Origin: Auanema rhodensis
Lineage: Eukaryota > Animalia > Nematoda
Direction of reading: 5' to 3'
DNA length: 64,000 nucleotides
Assembly: GCA_964057225.1 (NCBI GenBank)
Contig: OZ059899.1
Coordinates: 6,820,001-6,884,000, forward strand
The notes under the pieces are model-generated. The model saw only the letters and a program-made list of their open reading frames with translations, was not told the origin of the DNA and ran no database searches. A program made the translations under genes and the position numbers. How positions within the stretch are numbered: the first letter of the stretch is position 1; every line of letters starts with the position of its first letter. Shown piece after piece: positions 12,101 to 36,131 of the stretch.

Positions 12101-15100
12101 CCGTATCCGATGTACACTTTCATGCTTCTCCTTTCCGTGTTCCCTTTTCACTTTTGATTTTCTTCACACTTCTAGTAGTGGCGGTTATCACAAGCTTTGA
12201 ATCGTGTATGTAGATATAGAACGTTTAAGCTTTTTCTTTATGTTCATCCTCATCTTTATGAGCATCAGCACCATCATCATCATCATCATCATCATTGTCG
12301 TCATCATCATAACTATTAGAAATATAATACAAAATGGATTTTAATTAATTTTGTCGTTGAAACCTTCCCGTTCGCTTATACTCTCGGTCGCATGTCTCTC
12401 TCCTTTTCCTTTTCCCCCCCTCTCTCTACTTTGTTCTCTCTATATTCATCTTCTGACTCAAATTTTCAAACTACTAACTATCCTTCCCTCTCACATGCAT
12501 ACTTGATGTATGTTTCTATTTAATAATGTTTTTACTTTTATTTTTATTTCACCTTTTAACTAATGTAATATAATCATTGATTTTTCATTTCTTTTAATCA
12601 CGCAACAAAAGCCTATTAAAGTTTCAAGTAAATAACAATTTCAATATAAAGCTTTTCTAAAACTTGGATTACTATTATAAAAAGTTATCCAGGTTTATAC
12701 ATATTACGTTTCATCAACTTTGAAGATATGCTATTTGTAATTTACTATTTTTTGATTTTTCCCAACTATCTTCATTTAAAACTTTATAACTTTAACAGTT
12801 AGAACTTTGTTTATTTAAAATTAAACTTTTTATTTTTGCAAATATACATATGTATATCAACTATCTTCATACTGTTTTGTTATTTATTCCGTAAAGTACT
12901 GTGTAAAATCAGAAATTCATCATCATATCCAAGTTTACAACTAATCTGTTCCTTATTTTTTATCGCCTTTTCACTTTAATCTCTCGTTTTATGTTTTCTA
13001 CCAGATTCTTTCATTTTACATTTTATTCCGATTTCAAGTTTGAATAATACATATCTGTATTTTATTTCTGTTCTTATTCATAGAACATTTAATAGATTAT
13101 CTTACTATTTGTCTTCATATTATTTATATTCATTTAAAATTTAAAAAATCAAATTGAAAGAAGGATAAAGCAATTATATTAAACTATTACATATTTTGTA
13201 GTCTAACTTCATGTACATTCTAATTTATATTAAAATTCTATTATAGTAATATATATTATATGATATATTATTCATGTTAAAAATTGAAATCAGATTATAA
13301 TATTATATAATTTTCAGTTTTAATATGTTTTTCTCCATATTTTTCAGGCTATTATAAGGTTTCTATTTAATTAAAATTTAATTTTTACCAGTATCACATT
13401 TCAACCAAAAGAAGCAATTTCAACAAATCTGGATTCGGCTGTAGATCCGTATTATAGAGATTGATGGTAGAATTCAATTGATCTTCAGAAAATCAAACAA
13501 AAGGATTAAAATAATTCTATATATATGTTAAATAGCCAACACATAGTTAAGCATATTGAAAACATATATTGCTCATTTAAACATTCGCAATTCCCTTAAA
13601 TGCAAACGTGGACCAACAATCATTATGTTATTATTATCTAGCTTCCTTCTAGAATGTTTTCTTTCTGTCTGTTTTGTTATTTCTTGTACCTTTTACCCTT
13701 TTTTAAAGTTTTCTACCAAAATCAATTCAACATTCTTTTGTTATTTTTTAGCTTAATAAGTTAAGAAATATCAAGCAAAAAATAGAAAAAAAACCTTCAG
13801 AAAATCTAAGGACAAATCTACTAATATTATTTTTATGTCAAAACCTATGATATTGTGATCTTTTCCTTAAAAACAAAATGGTCTTTGAGTTCGTGCTGTT
13901 ATTCTATTATTCTACCTTTTTTTCTTTCTCATTGTTACATTTTAGAAAGTTTCAAGCCCTTTTACTACACTCGCTATGCTCTCAAAAACCATTAGGAATT
14001 TGAAAAATATTCAATTCAATTCACATTTTTTTTGTCAAGTGTAGTTTTTTCGAACCTATTGACAAATAGGCAAAATATATATTATTTTTATTATTTCAAA
14101 ATATAATATAAGTATCGATATTTTGATTTTAGTTACAGCTGAGATTGTTGCAAAGCATATTTGATGAAAAAATGAATACGAGAAAAAATTCAGCTGAAAA
14201 TAACAATCGTAACATCTGCTAATACAAACGACATTTTGGTATTTCTAGAATAAAACTATTTATATTCATCTCAATAAGTTATAAACAGTAATAATATAAG
14301 ATCATGAACATGATCAAATTATATCTTTATAAAGTATAATTGATATTGGCTTTAGAGAGATGTACAGAGGCTGTCTGTGAAAAGCTAATCGTTTCTGAAC
14401 TTATCCCGTTTTCTTGTTGATCTTTCTGCTTCTTATTCTTTCTTCCTTGACCCATCCTAATTCCTACTTTAGAATTCTGTCATTCAATTTCTTGTCCTGA
14501 TCATTTGCATATAAAATGAACTAATTTCTCTGTTGTTAATAGATGCTCCTTTTATCTTGAACCATCCTTGAAGCTTGACTCTATATTCATTTTCTCCGAT
14601 TCTTCAGCTACTAGAACATCGTCCTTTTCGGTTCTATGATCCTCGCCATCACTCCTTTACTTCAACTATTCAACTATTACGTGTTACATGACGCTAAGTC
14701 CTCTTAAGTAACTGCTGAAAATTTGCATCTCATCTCCTATTGTCCTCTAAGCATCAGTAGCTCTTTCTGTTCTTCTCTTGTTATCCATTTTCTACACTCA
14801 ATTAATGCTTACGTACTGTCTGCTATGTATGTATGTAATCTACGTGAGCATTTTTCACGTGAAACTTATTTTTAATTTGAAAGATTTTGAGAGCAAGACC
14901 ATTTACATCATTAGATTTCCTATTCATGTGAATATTTTTTTTGTTTTAAAACATTTCATCGTAGCATTTAAATTGTACGAATATCTCATCATTCAATTTT
15001 TGTGCATTTTTTATTTCAAATTTTTTTTTGAAAAAAAAATAAAAGAAAATTCATAAAACTAAAAGAATGCATTCATGAGGAAATTATGATTTTTCGACTA

Positions 15101-18100
15101 ATATTTCTCCCGCACTTCAATTATTCTATAATTTGGAGCTATTTTAGTATTTCTAATGAATAAGATATCAATAGATTTGTTGAAGAACTGTGTGTTATTA
15201 ATCATAGCTACGATCAATTGCTTTGTTTTGACTTCAAGACCATTATGCTTGTTTCGTCGAAACAAATTGTGAACAAAAATGGTCTTTGTGTTACATTCTA
15301 ATTCTTTTTTCTACTCTCTCATGCTTGAGAAAAAAATGTTTGTCCACACCTATTTGCAGAAGAATTGGCTTTATCTCACACCTTGCCCTACTTATGGATT
15401 AATACATAACATGTCCATGTTTCAGATTTACAAAGATAATAGTTTTTATTTTGCAAAAAAATATAATAAATTCTCAGAAAATATTTAATAAATAATTCAA
15501 ATTTCTATTATTTCTCATTGCCTTTTCGTTAATGAAATATAGTGCTCTCACATTTAAAGTTTTTGTTGTGAACCATAAAAAGAATTGAAGACTAAGGGAA
15601 TAACTTATACTATTTAGTCTTTAAACTTTTTCATTTTATTATAAATCAATTCATAATCAATTAAAGTTTGATGAGAATTATGCTATGAAGGGAACACTTC
15701 ATGTTTGAAATGTGTGAAGAAATAGAAATTTCCTCATGATTATCTCAGTGAAACCTTCAATCTTAATTCCATTTCGATTTTGATATCAAATATCATGTAC
15801 TCGTTTCCTTATTCTTTGCTAAGATACTTCAAAAAAATTTTTTTTGTTTGATTTTGCATCATTAAAAATCTGAATTCTTCTAATTAATTATTTTTCTATG
15901 GTTTTTTTTGTTTTCTTTTTGTTATTTCAGTTCTATTAATTCATTTATTTTCAATAGCTTGAAGATTTGAGCCTTTTATAATGATCATACTATTATCATT
16001 TCTGATGCAAAAAAATTTAATTCCTGTTTCGACAATTAATTTTCAGTATCATCCAACTTATTTGTCAAGTTTTTAAATTTTTTCCGTGGCTTCTCATATT
16101 TTGAAAACTTTTAAGTAGTTTGCACAAGCGTTTGGTCCAATTTTGAACTTAAAACGTTTCCGTCCTATCTACTTCAAAAAGTCGGATTGAACTCTACGCT
16201 ATGATTAAGATTGGAAGCTATTTTTAAAAATCCTAAACTTTCTCTGTGCTCCATTAACGGTTTAAACGTTTACCTTTCAAATCGTTGTTTTTAGACTTAA
16301 AACAAAGTTTTGATTTAAGAAAACTAAATTCTTATTAACTATATTACATTTGAAATAAAAATCCCTTCATTGTTCATAATTTTTTTTAAATTTTGCATTC
16401 CTTTTGTATTTTTCTTTTGAAAATTATGTATATACCTTTGTATATACACATGTTTTGAGAAGCATCTATTTCAATTGAAAAAAAAATTAAAATAAGCAAT
16501 AGTATTGGAAGAGAAAGAATTGTATGTTGAGGCTATGAATGGCTTATATATATATAAAAGAATAATTTTATGAATGTTGTTAAAAAGAAATAAAATAACC
16601 ATAAACTTATAATTTTGAATTAATATTGATTATCAGTTTTCTGAATATCTGCTATTTAATCTTTTACTCTTCTCACCTTATGACAAGAACAAAGGTATCA
16701 CCTTGACAACAATCTTTTTTGAAAATTCATATAACAACTTAACTATAATTTATTCGAAATAATGTGAGACAGAGATGTTACTAAAGAGTAAAAAAAACTT
16801 TTTTCTTTTTCATTATAATCTCAAACTATGTATCATATCTTCATTTTTCATAAATATGTTATATTAAAGTTTAATATCATTTAAGAAGAACGGCATTATT
16901 AGATTATTTTGATTATGTTGGATTATAATCACTTGAAAGATATCTACATATAAATATATATATATATAACTATATTTATATATATATATAGTTATATATA
17001 TATAACTATATGAATGAATAGATTTCTGATGCTGAAAAGTTGTTTTGAAGAATATTATATAAAACAATTATAATGAATGATGTCTTTAGAATAAGAAATT
17101 TAGTAGAAAAGAACACTTATTTTCACACCTTGATATGCTTATAAACTAATTTTCATTGTGGTCATTTTATCTGTTATGATCTAATAAATGAAAAAAAATG
17201 TAAACAAGTTAAAATAAAATTTATAAATAATACTTATGTATAATGAATTTGATATTAATGGAAGAAAGGGAGCTAGAGGAAAAGTAAAATTTGTAGCAAT
17301 TGCTTCAACATGATTCAAGACTCAAGCAAAACGCATATAGGATTAGTGACCATCCAAAAAAGTCTGTTTGTTGATGGAATGGCTTCCTAAGAGGAATTAG
17401 AAAAATGAATGAATGTGAGAGAGAAATATGTGAAACAGAAAGATTGTCGATATATTATATTATATTAGATATATATAGTAAAGAGAGGAAGAAAGAAAGG
17501 AAGAAAAAGAGAAAGAGAGATTGAAAAGCGGAACAAGAAGCTAGTTAGTTACCTCTTCAAATTTAAGTTACTTTTTCTCTATTTATAATTTCAAATCTAG
17601 AAAAAGAAAAATATGAGCTTGAAGAAAAGAAGTAGAAATTAGAGAGAGACTAAGAGAAACAGAGAGCAAAACAGAAAAGAGGAGGATTGAAAGAAGGAGA
17701 GATGGCATTTTTTTTTCATTTTCTTAGCTTTTTCTAAATTTTTTTGCTTTGCTTTGCTATACTTTACTTTAATATTTATATTCTTATAATATTAAATCCG
17801 TTTGATTAACTTAATGCCTTCTCTTGAGCTGAATATATCTCTCTTACTCATTTCTCTACATCATTTTGATTTTTCTTATTTATTGAATGACTCAATTTCT
17901 TTTATACTTCCCCTTAGGCAACTTTACTACTTTACCTTATACACAGATTCTGTCAAGTTCAATTTCCTCCTCGTAATCGTCACCAATTGAAAAAACTTTG
18001 ATTTCGATTGTCGTCATCAGCTCGGTTGCCCTGGATTATATTTTTGAAAAAAGTATCATGGTCTACCCACTTAGCAACCTTGTGGCTCATTTTTGCATTC

Positions 18101-21100
18101 AGCCTTGTTTTTTATAATCAAAACTTGAATATCTTGAAGGAAAGTTTTATAGCCAGCATTCGTTTTATGTGATTCGTACTCTCAGCACTACTACTGTCAA
18201 CTATAATTCTTTCATGGAAATAAGCTTGTAGCAGCTCTTTTCTATTTGATGTTCTTCTTCTCATTATCGAATCTGATTTACTTAATGGGAAATCTGTTCA
18301 AGATTCATTTGTGCTGAAAGTCAATTGCTTTGAATGATCACATGTTTCAGTTTCCGGAGCTTTGTTTGGTATATCCTTGTCACATATGCTTACCTAAATA
18401 TTTTCCGAGATTCCTATTTCCATAGTCGTTCTCTCTTTTTACTTCTTCCTGTCCAGTTCCCTATTGTCTCTCTCAACGTACCTCCATGTACTAATTTTAT
18501 ACAATTCATTATCTATATATCTATATATTCATTAAATAATAACTTATTATATTAATTCAATAGTACCTTTAAGAAGTTGAAAATCATTTCAACATATCTT
18601 GTCCTATCCAATTATAATATGTTCTATTATTTAATTTTGAGTATTTCTTAGTTAAAACTCATATTCTTTCAGCTATTATTTGAAAGAATATTGTCAAATA
18701 TTAATAAAAAACCATTTAAAACTCATTTAAGTTAAAAACTTATTCTATTCATATTTTAACAAAATTCAAACATTTTCTTAAGAATTATTATAAGATATAT
18801 AAATAATTTGTGATAAACAAACAAATGACGAACTTAGGTATATAAGCTAATATCATATCTTATTTGAATGAAAAACACATAAGATATTCCATACATATCA
18901 TGTCCTTTATTTCTTTTGTTCTTCTGAATATTTTTTTTCTGAATCGGTAACAGAATTTCTGCTCTTCTATATTATTCTCAGCATCTTTCATATTGTTTAG
19001 GAATGAATAAGGTGTTTAAAATATTTTTGTTAAGATTTTGAAAGAATGCTAAGCTTTGGTAACATTACAGAGCTAATAGAGAGTTGGTCATTCACCCCCT
19101 ACAAGTTATATTAGAACGATCTTTGTTCCCTGAGTTTAAAACTGAGAATGACATTATAAACGTTTAAGTTGATTGCTCCATAACTCTATGTTCAACAGAT
19201 CTAATAACAATTCATTTACTGATTCATCTTGGTTTTTTATGTGAAAGCTTCAAACATTGAATCTCTGAATGTACTAATATAACCGCGACTTTGTAGATCA
19301 AATTAGACGATGTCTGTTACAACGATCGCTAGATATGTATAACTCGAAAATGACTTTCGTTGTTCCCTTTTTTCTTTTCTCAAAGCTCAAAATTCTTTCT
19401 TTTATTCATTCGTTTATCTGTCGAAATTTACTTCTATTCCCGAAATTCCATATACATACATGTATGTGCATGAACATGTGTATGGCTTGTGAAGCTCTAG
19501 ATGTGAGACGTCCAAGTATTCAGAGAATTTCCAATGAAATTTTAATATATATATATATATATATATATTATATTATATTATATTTTATATTAAAATCTAG
19601 TATTTTATGCATTTAGTGTAGTTATATCCGTTTGTTTGGATTTAATTTTAAGTAGTTTTTAGTCAGAAGAAAAAAAATGCAACTCTTGCAATCATTTTCA
19701 TATGCTACAAGATCTGTTTATCTTTTTTTTTAGTTAAGTCTGATTAACTAAACAAATATTTTGGATTAATTTTTAATATATATTAAGGTTTATATGATTA
19801 AGAAATTTTGTATTCTTTATTTTTTTTAAAGAGAAAATCCTGAAAAATGAAACCTCCTTCTCTTTTAGTATCAATGAAATGAAGTGCTGTATAAGTTCAC
19901 GTCACAATCTTATTTGAATGAGCTTTCTTATTGTAATCACGTTTACTTCTACTAGAAAAACTTAATAAAGCATTGAGATTAGTTACTGAGTTGCTTACTA
20001 CACCAAATAACTCAATAATCCCTGACGGTTTGAAGACAAATATTCAACAAATAAGCTCAGAAAAGAAAAAATTGATTTCATCAAACAAAAAGAATCTGCC
20101 ATCCGAAACACCTTATATACATACATATATTCTCTTTCTTTTTCTTTTTTTTTGTTTTACAAATAATTGCTCTATTTAAGTTGAAATCTTCTCATTTATC
20201 TTTATTTCATCTTATTGAACATTCGGAGGAATCTATCTAATCAGTCAGTAATTTCAATGAAACTTTAATTACTGCAATAAGGTTATTCATCTTTTTCTTT
20301 AGTCGTTAAGATAAATAGTAAATAAATTTGAAATGTTGTAAACAAATTAAAGTATAAGTTAAATATTTTAATTTAATTTGTTGAAATTCATCCTTTTTTC
20401 TTTCTTATGCTAAGATTCTCATGTAATTATATCATTTGATATCAGTATTTTTTGCTTGTTTTTCATTTATTCTATGTACTTATTCTTGTTTTCTTCCATA
20501 AAAATTGTTTTTAAGTTCACAGGAACAAGCTCTGAACTATAATATTGCAATCTAAAATCAAGTATGACCTTGAATACATTATTTCTTCTCAAAAATATGT
20601 ATAATGTTATTTTGAGCAATAAAAATGAAAGAGGGTAAAGTGAATATCATCATCTATATACATATGTATGTATAATACATTCTTATATTTTTTTCCTCCT
20701 TCACCCAGTAATTTTGCTTGTACTATTGAGGAATTTTAGTAAATGTTCCACCTCCACTTTCTTCCCCCCCCCCCCATCCAATCTTTGCTTTGCATCTGAA
20801 CTGCGTTTGGATCACAGTTGCATTTTCCACCTCGTCATCATTAAACCCTCCCATTTAACATGAGTATAATTGAAAAGAAAATACTAATTATATCTTTTAT
20901 TTTATGTTTAATCAATAATTTTCTAAATATTAATCAATTTCTATTTTTAAGCATATTTTCTGTTTTCATTTCTATATCATCATTCAAGTTTTTAAAGTTC
21001 TAATGAATATTTGACATGTATACTCAAAATAACCTTAAGTATTTTTCTTTAATTTACTTTAATATATTCATATATAAATAAGATTCATGTGATGTTTTAG

Positions 21101-21713
21101 TTTTTTTTTCTTTCCAAACAGATTTTATTTTCTATTTTTATTCATTTTCTTTATATCTATATAGTTGTAGGCTAACATCTGGTATGTATAATATTCTACA
21201 ATACTTTTCCCTCTTTTTTTTCTTTTTATTATATCTATGCAACGAGAAAATGTGTCGTGTTAGGCATTCACTACTTGATGCTTTTTTTTGTAGTTTATTA
21301 CCATTTTTGGCTTTTTTTTTCATTTCACAAAGATTATAATACTTTCAAGGTTTCCATGGTCTATCTGATCAACGGTTAATATCTCTCTTTCAGTCCCCCT
21401 CTCCACCTCCCTTTTCCTTTTTTCCAACTCTTTTTTACTCTCTCTCACTCTGTTTTTCTCTCTTTCTCTCTCTCTATTTTTTCCTTTCCCTCTTAAAATA
21501 TTTTATTTTTTATTTTTAATATATTCCTCTGAATTATAAGTACATCATGTAAATCTATCTAGGTACAAAATCTTCAATATACTTTGAATTGAAACCTTTA
21601 ATTATCGTTATTTTGTTGGAATTACATCTCTCATCATCTGGATTCTATTTTCTTTTTTTTGCAGGACAATTAGCCTGAAGGACAAAATTGAAAAAATAAT
21701 TGAAGAAGAGCTT

Positions 21714-31428
<9,715 letters not shown>

Positions 31429-32821
31429 AAATATAATTTATACTAATTATACTAATTATATATGTATATATCTATCTATTTATATTCTAATAATGATTAT
31501 ATATTTTAAATTATAAACAAAACAAAACAAAATAATAATTCCAATACATACACCGGCTTATAACTAATTATCAAAATACTTTTTGTTTTATTTTTAATTC
31601 ACTTCTTCAGTTATATTTCTATTCAACTAATGTTTTATCATTTTTTTTATTCTAAAAATTATTTTTCTTTTATTTACTAATCTTCTCACTCTAACACTTT
31701 GCTTTTTCTAATTTTCACAAATTCAAATGATGACGTATACTTGTGTTGAGACTAGGTTTCTATTCAGCGATATACTTTGGGAAGAGGGGTCAACATCATC
31801 GATATCGCAGTAAGGTAATTCAAGATGACAGTTAACTCTTCTGCAACTGCTCAAGTTTATTTTCAAGTTTTCAACATTGTGATGTTTGTAGAAGTATGTC
31901 TGTTAGCATGTTGATGATGATGATGCACTGTAACCTATCTGCACTGCTTTGCTTATATCAATTGTAAATAGCATGCAACTAGCAGAAAATAATCCTAAAA
32001 ACAAAAGATAATGAATTAATAATTTAATCTTTTTTTCAATATTCTCTTTAATTCTTATAATTTTAAAGATTTTTATACATATAAGCTGTTTTGTAGCATG
32101 GTGTAATAATATTTAATAGTTTAAGTAATGCATATGTATATGTAGATGATATATGTATGTATATCTATTAATTATACAGCATCAAAATAGATTTTTCTTT
32201 ATTAAATTATTTAAAATATCACAAAACTTTAATAATATCTATTTCAGGCATCATTGCACGAGCATTATACAAACCGAAACTTAGACAATTTATGAAACGA
32301 TGCTGTAATATATAAATTAAATTAATTTCAAAATGTATTATGAACTTTATTATTGTAATACTTTAAAACTTAAAACCTAAGCTGTATATGTTGTTTATAT
32401 TATATGTGTTACGGGTAAAAGAAAATCAAATATTCCTCGTTTACAAGATGCTCCCGATGATAAATGCCTTTAATTAGTCTTCTTCCCATATATTAAAAAT
32501 ATCTTGATTTTTGAAGAATTAATTATTAATATTTAATTGTTTTTTTTTTCAAATTATGTACTTGAATAATGAGGTTAAATATAAATATATATTTATATTT
32601 ATATATATCATGTATTTTATTTTATAAAACTTGTGTTTAATATAATAAAACATAAAATATAAAATCTTTTATTTTTATCAAAATTTGAAATTTCTTAGAA
32701 CTTCTTGCTTATCTAGAACAAAAATGCTGAAATAGCACTTGGTCAACCTGTTTTCAAGATTCACATCAAACACTGGTTGCGCAACGGAGTCATTGTGTGA
32801 AGACATTATGTCTTATTCGTT

Positions 32822-32893
32822 GGGGATATAGCTCAGTGGTAGAGCGCTCCCTTAGCATGGGAGAGGGCTGGGGTTCAATTCCCCATATCTCCA
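32822..32893 (+). tRNA. tRNA-Ala (anticodon AGC)
   Basis: GGGGATA/TATCTCC acceptor stem with the G3:U70 alanine identity pair, D arm GCTC-AGTGGTA-GAGC, anticodon arm CTCCC-TTAGCAT-GGGAG and T loop GTTCAATT. A T-run follows. Confidence 0.97.
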
Positions 32894-32898
32894 GAACG

Positions 32899-32917
32899 TT
32901 TTTGCTTTTTATTTTTA
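32899..32917 (+). terminator. RNA Pol III oligo-T terminator after the tRNA
   Basis: TTTTT-GC-TTTTT-A-TTTTT starting ~5 nt after the discriminator base. Confidence 0.7.
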
Positions 32918-33872
32918 CACTTTTGTTAAAATAAATTAAGTGATCTTGAACATTCTGATATATAAGTAAAACAATATTTCTGAAATTATACTACGTTTCT
33001 GAGAAATAAACCCTCGAGAGAACAAGATATTTACTTTTTCCTCAAAGCAAATCATTTTACGAAATTTTGTGAAAATATTCAACAACAATTGGGTAGTGTT
33101 TGCTCCAATGCTGAATAAATGCATGTAGTTTCATGTTAGTTAGGAAATTCCATGAGAAATAAAAGAAAAAACAATCATCTTCCGTATTCTTCAGACTGAG
33201 TTGTCCTCGATTTATTAGAAATACATGAAGATCAGTAAGTAACAACGGGTTAGAGAATGCAATCCATCTTTGGGAATATACAATATACATAATTTTGTGA
33301 CAAACAATGGATGAACAAAGCTATAACGAAAGAGAAATGTGAAAAACGATTGATTCTAGAAAAATCTGTAAGTAAATAGACAATCTAAAGAAAAAAATCA
33401 TTTTTTTTTCACAAAATGGTATCATTGTAGCCAGATAGTTTTAAACCCGGTTTATTTATTTTTTACAAACGACTATGTTGCTTGATGATTATGCAAAAGT
33501 CCTGAAAAGAACATAATTGCAGTATTTGAACAAAAATTATTTTTAATTATAGAATTTTGGATTGGAGCAAGGCATATAGATTATAAGAGTAGAAAACTGG
33601 CGTCATAATGTGTATAGACAAGCACAAAACTTAAAGGCAAAATCTAATTTAAAAAGGGTTACAATGATGGAATCCGAGAATTTCTGGCAGAAATTCTAAC
33701 TGATCAACAATAATACAAACGTGCAAATTTTAACATGCAAATAGTCTGTAATCAGAAACAGATATGGTTACGCACGAATTAAAATTAAACTTCTGATTCT
33801 GATCATTCAGTTCTTGGTTATATATGCTTTCTGTTTACTATATGAATAGTTAACAGTATTGAGATATTTGAG

Positions 33873-34744
33873 CTAAACCGAACGACAACGTGATTTAGTC
33901 AGGTTTCGAGGACAGCCATTCATATAAAGTATTTCCAATAGTTCATCTTCATCATAATCCATACTTGAATGATGCTTTAATATCAATTTTTTAAAATTTA
34001 AATTCACTATTTCAATCTTACTTCATCCTTAATTCCTTCATCAAAAGCAGTATTAAGATGATCATGCTCATCTATCATCTAAAAAATAAATAATTAATAT
34101 TTTAAAAAAATAAAAATAATTACGCTTATAGGAGATGCTCGAACAGAATATATATCACCATGTGGTTCTGTATCTTTACTTGATGATGAGAAAGAAAAAT
34201 TTAAAGAAATCTAAGAAAATTAGATGTTTTTAACAAAAAAAATTTTAAATTACTCACATCATCTGGTAAAGTTGGATCAGTTTGATTTAGATCAACGCCA
34301 CTGTCAATAGAGCATAATGAATGCTATAAAGAGAATTTCATTTCTCAAAAAAAACTTTGATACTCTATATGAACCTGGGGATTTGATGATTGACATGTCA
34401 ACTGTTGATAGCAACTATATTGATTTGGAACTGCAAAAGTGCTCGGATCAAACGTTGGGCTTGGCGATACAAAATGCTGTTGAGTGGCCGGAAGTGTAGG
34501 TGGTCCTATATGAGTTTGTGGTTGTTGATAAGAAGGAAACAGCATAGATTGAGGTGGAAGGAAATATGAATTCTGTAGAACTGGTAAAGATGGCCATCTA
34601 AATAATTGAATGTTGAAGAAAATAAAAAAAAGAAATATTATATGAAAACCTGTTCATCATCTGAGCCTGAGGAGGCTGATGACCAGCTGTCATAGTATGA
34701 AGCTGAGAGTTGTAGACGGGATAACCATAATATGGTACAAACAT
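33873..34744 (-). CDS. Unknown Pro/Gln/Ser-rich, probably disordered protein (6 exons; possible extra 5' exon at ~34875-34909)
   Basis: Six minus-strand exons splice in frame: MFVPYYGYPVYNSQLHTMTAGHQPPQAQMMNRWPSLPVLQNSYFLPPQS...QSSNPQHSLCSIDSGVDLNQTDPTLPDDISLNFSF...RASPISMIDEHDHLNTAFDEGIKDEHHSSMDYDEDELLEILYMNGCPRNLTKSRCRSV*. No family recognised. Confidence 0.75.
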
Positions 34745-35783
34745 TCTAAAACACATTATAAGAATAAAATATAAAATAATAACTAAGATAAAGAAAAAAT
34801 AACATATAAGATAGATATGACGACATATATATTTATCAAAATAATAATTATTATGTGATTAATTAACTATATACCTGAGCATTCTATGTTGAACAATGTA
34901 ATATATGGCCTTAGAAGAAGAAAAAAAATAAAGCTTCGTCTTGAGATACCCTCCTTTAAATTATAAAATTTCAAAAACAAATAACAATAACTTAAAGATA
35001 AGAATAATAGAAATAATAAAAGTATTCTATATTAGCAGAATTATTAAGTAAAATCAATTATATAATGAACTTATATTCATTTTAGCCAAAAGCATAACTC
35101 GTCCTTAGGTGCTCCAAATGAAAAAGGCGGCATTTCTTTTATAAACTTTACGCCTGGGAATATTGTATTCAGGAGAAAAAGACCTAACACAAAGGTGAGG
35201 CAAACGAGTAACACTTGTTCAAGGTATTCATTTAAAAAAAAAAGAAAAACAAATTATTTACAATCAGTAGAAGTTCTCTCTTTATAACTGTTGAAGAAAA
35301 GAAAAAAAAATGAATGATAATCAAATAATTGATAAAAAAATGAAAAAAATGAAAAGCATAGTCATCATTTCCATACAAAATTAATAAATTTTCTCATGAG
35401 AAATCAAATATATCTATATATTTTTCAAAAATATAATAAGAAAATCAATATAAAATAATATTTGTACAATAAAAATATAAATATCAAGTAAATATTCGAA
35501 GAATGAAAGGTTACGGCATCAACATCTTCAATATATAGTTGCATGTACTTTTTGAAACCATTCTCATATTTATATGTACTTTGATCAAATTATAAAACTA
35601 TATCAAAATATACAAAAATAATATTTTAAAAAGAAATATTATGATCTCTTATACCTTTTTCTCTCTTCTTATATCTATATAAATATATATATTCTATTAT
35701 ATAAAGTTAATATTTATAGATTTTTATTATATATCTATATATATTTGAAAAAAAAAACTTTTCCGCCCAAACACATTACAAAT

Positions 35784-35855
35784 GAGAAAGAGAGAGAGAG
35801 AGAGAAATAGAGAGAGAAAGAGAGAAAGTAAGAGAGAGAAACAGAGAGAAAGAGA
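35784..35855 (+). repeat. Degenerate (AG)n tract
   Basis: GAGA-rich purine tract between the divergent P/Q-rich and MSP-domain genes. Confidence 0.85.
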
Positions 35856-36131
35856 ACAATAAAAAAAAATTAAATTGTATAAAAGTTATAAACACTATTT
35901 GATATTGTGAGAGTGTGCTACTGACCATTTGTCAAAAAGAAGGCTGGCGCGAGATTGTATGAAAACCAATTGTGAAAGATGATCTGAGTGACAGAACACC
36001 ATCATCATGGTCAATTTAGTTATTGATAAGCATTATTATAAATAAAGTTAATAATAAGAATTATATAATATTATTATTTATTTATCTATTTTATTAATAA
36101 AAATTGAATTTTCAGTTGACATAATTGTATA

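Noticed and set aside
31728-31995. GC-richer patch downstream of kcnl-3, including a YFGKR neuropeptide-like string
   Set aside because: All frames are short, with no start or signal peptide in that frame and no coherent splice model.
34317-34499. Plus-strand 60-aa ORF (similarly 37609-37794, 38501-38725, 42252-42503, 58306-58536)
   Set aside because: Antisense shadows of real exons on the opposite strand.
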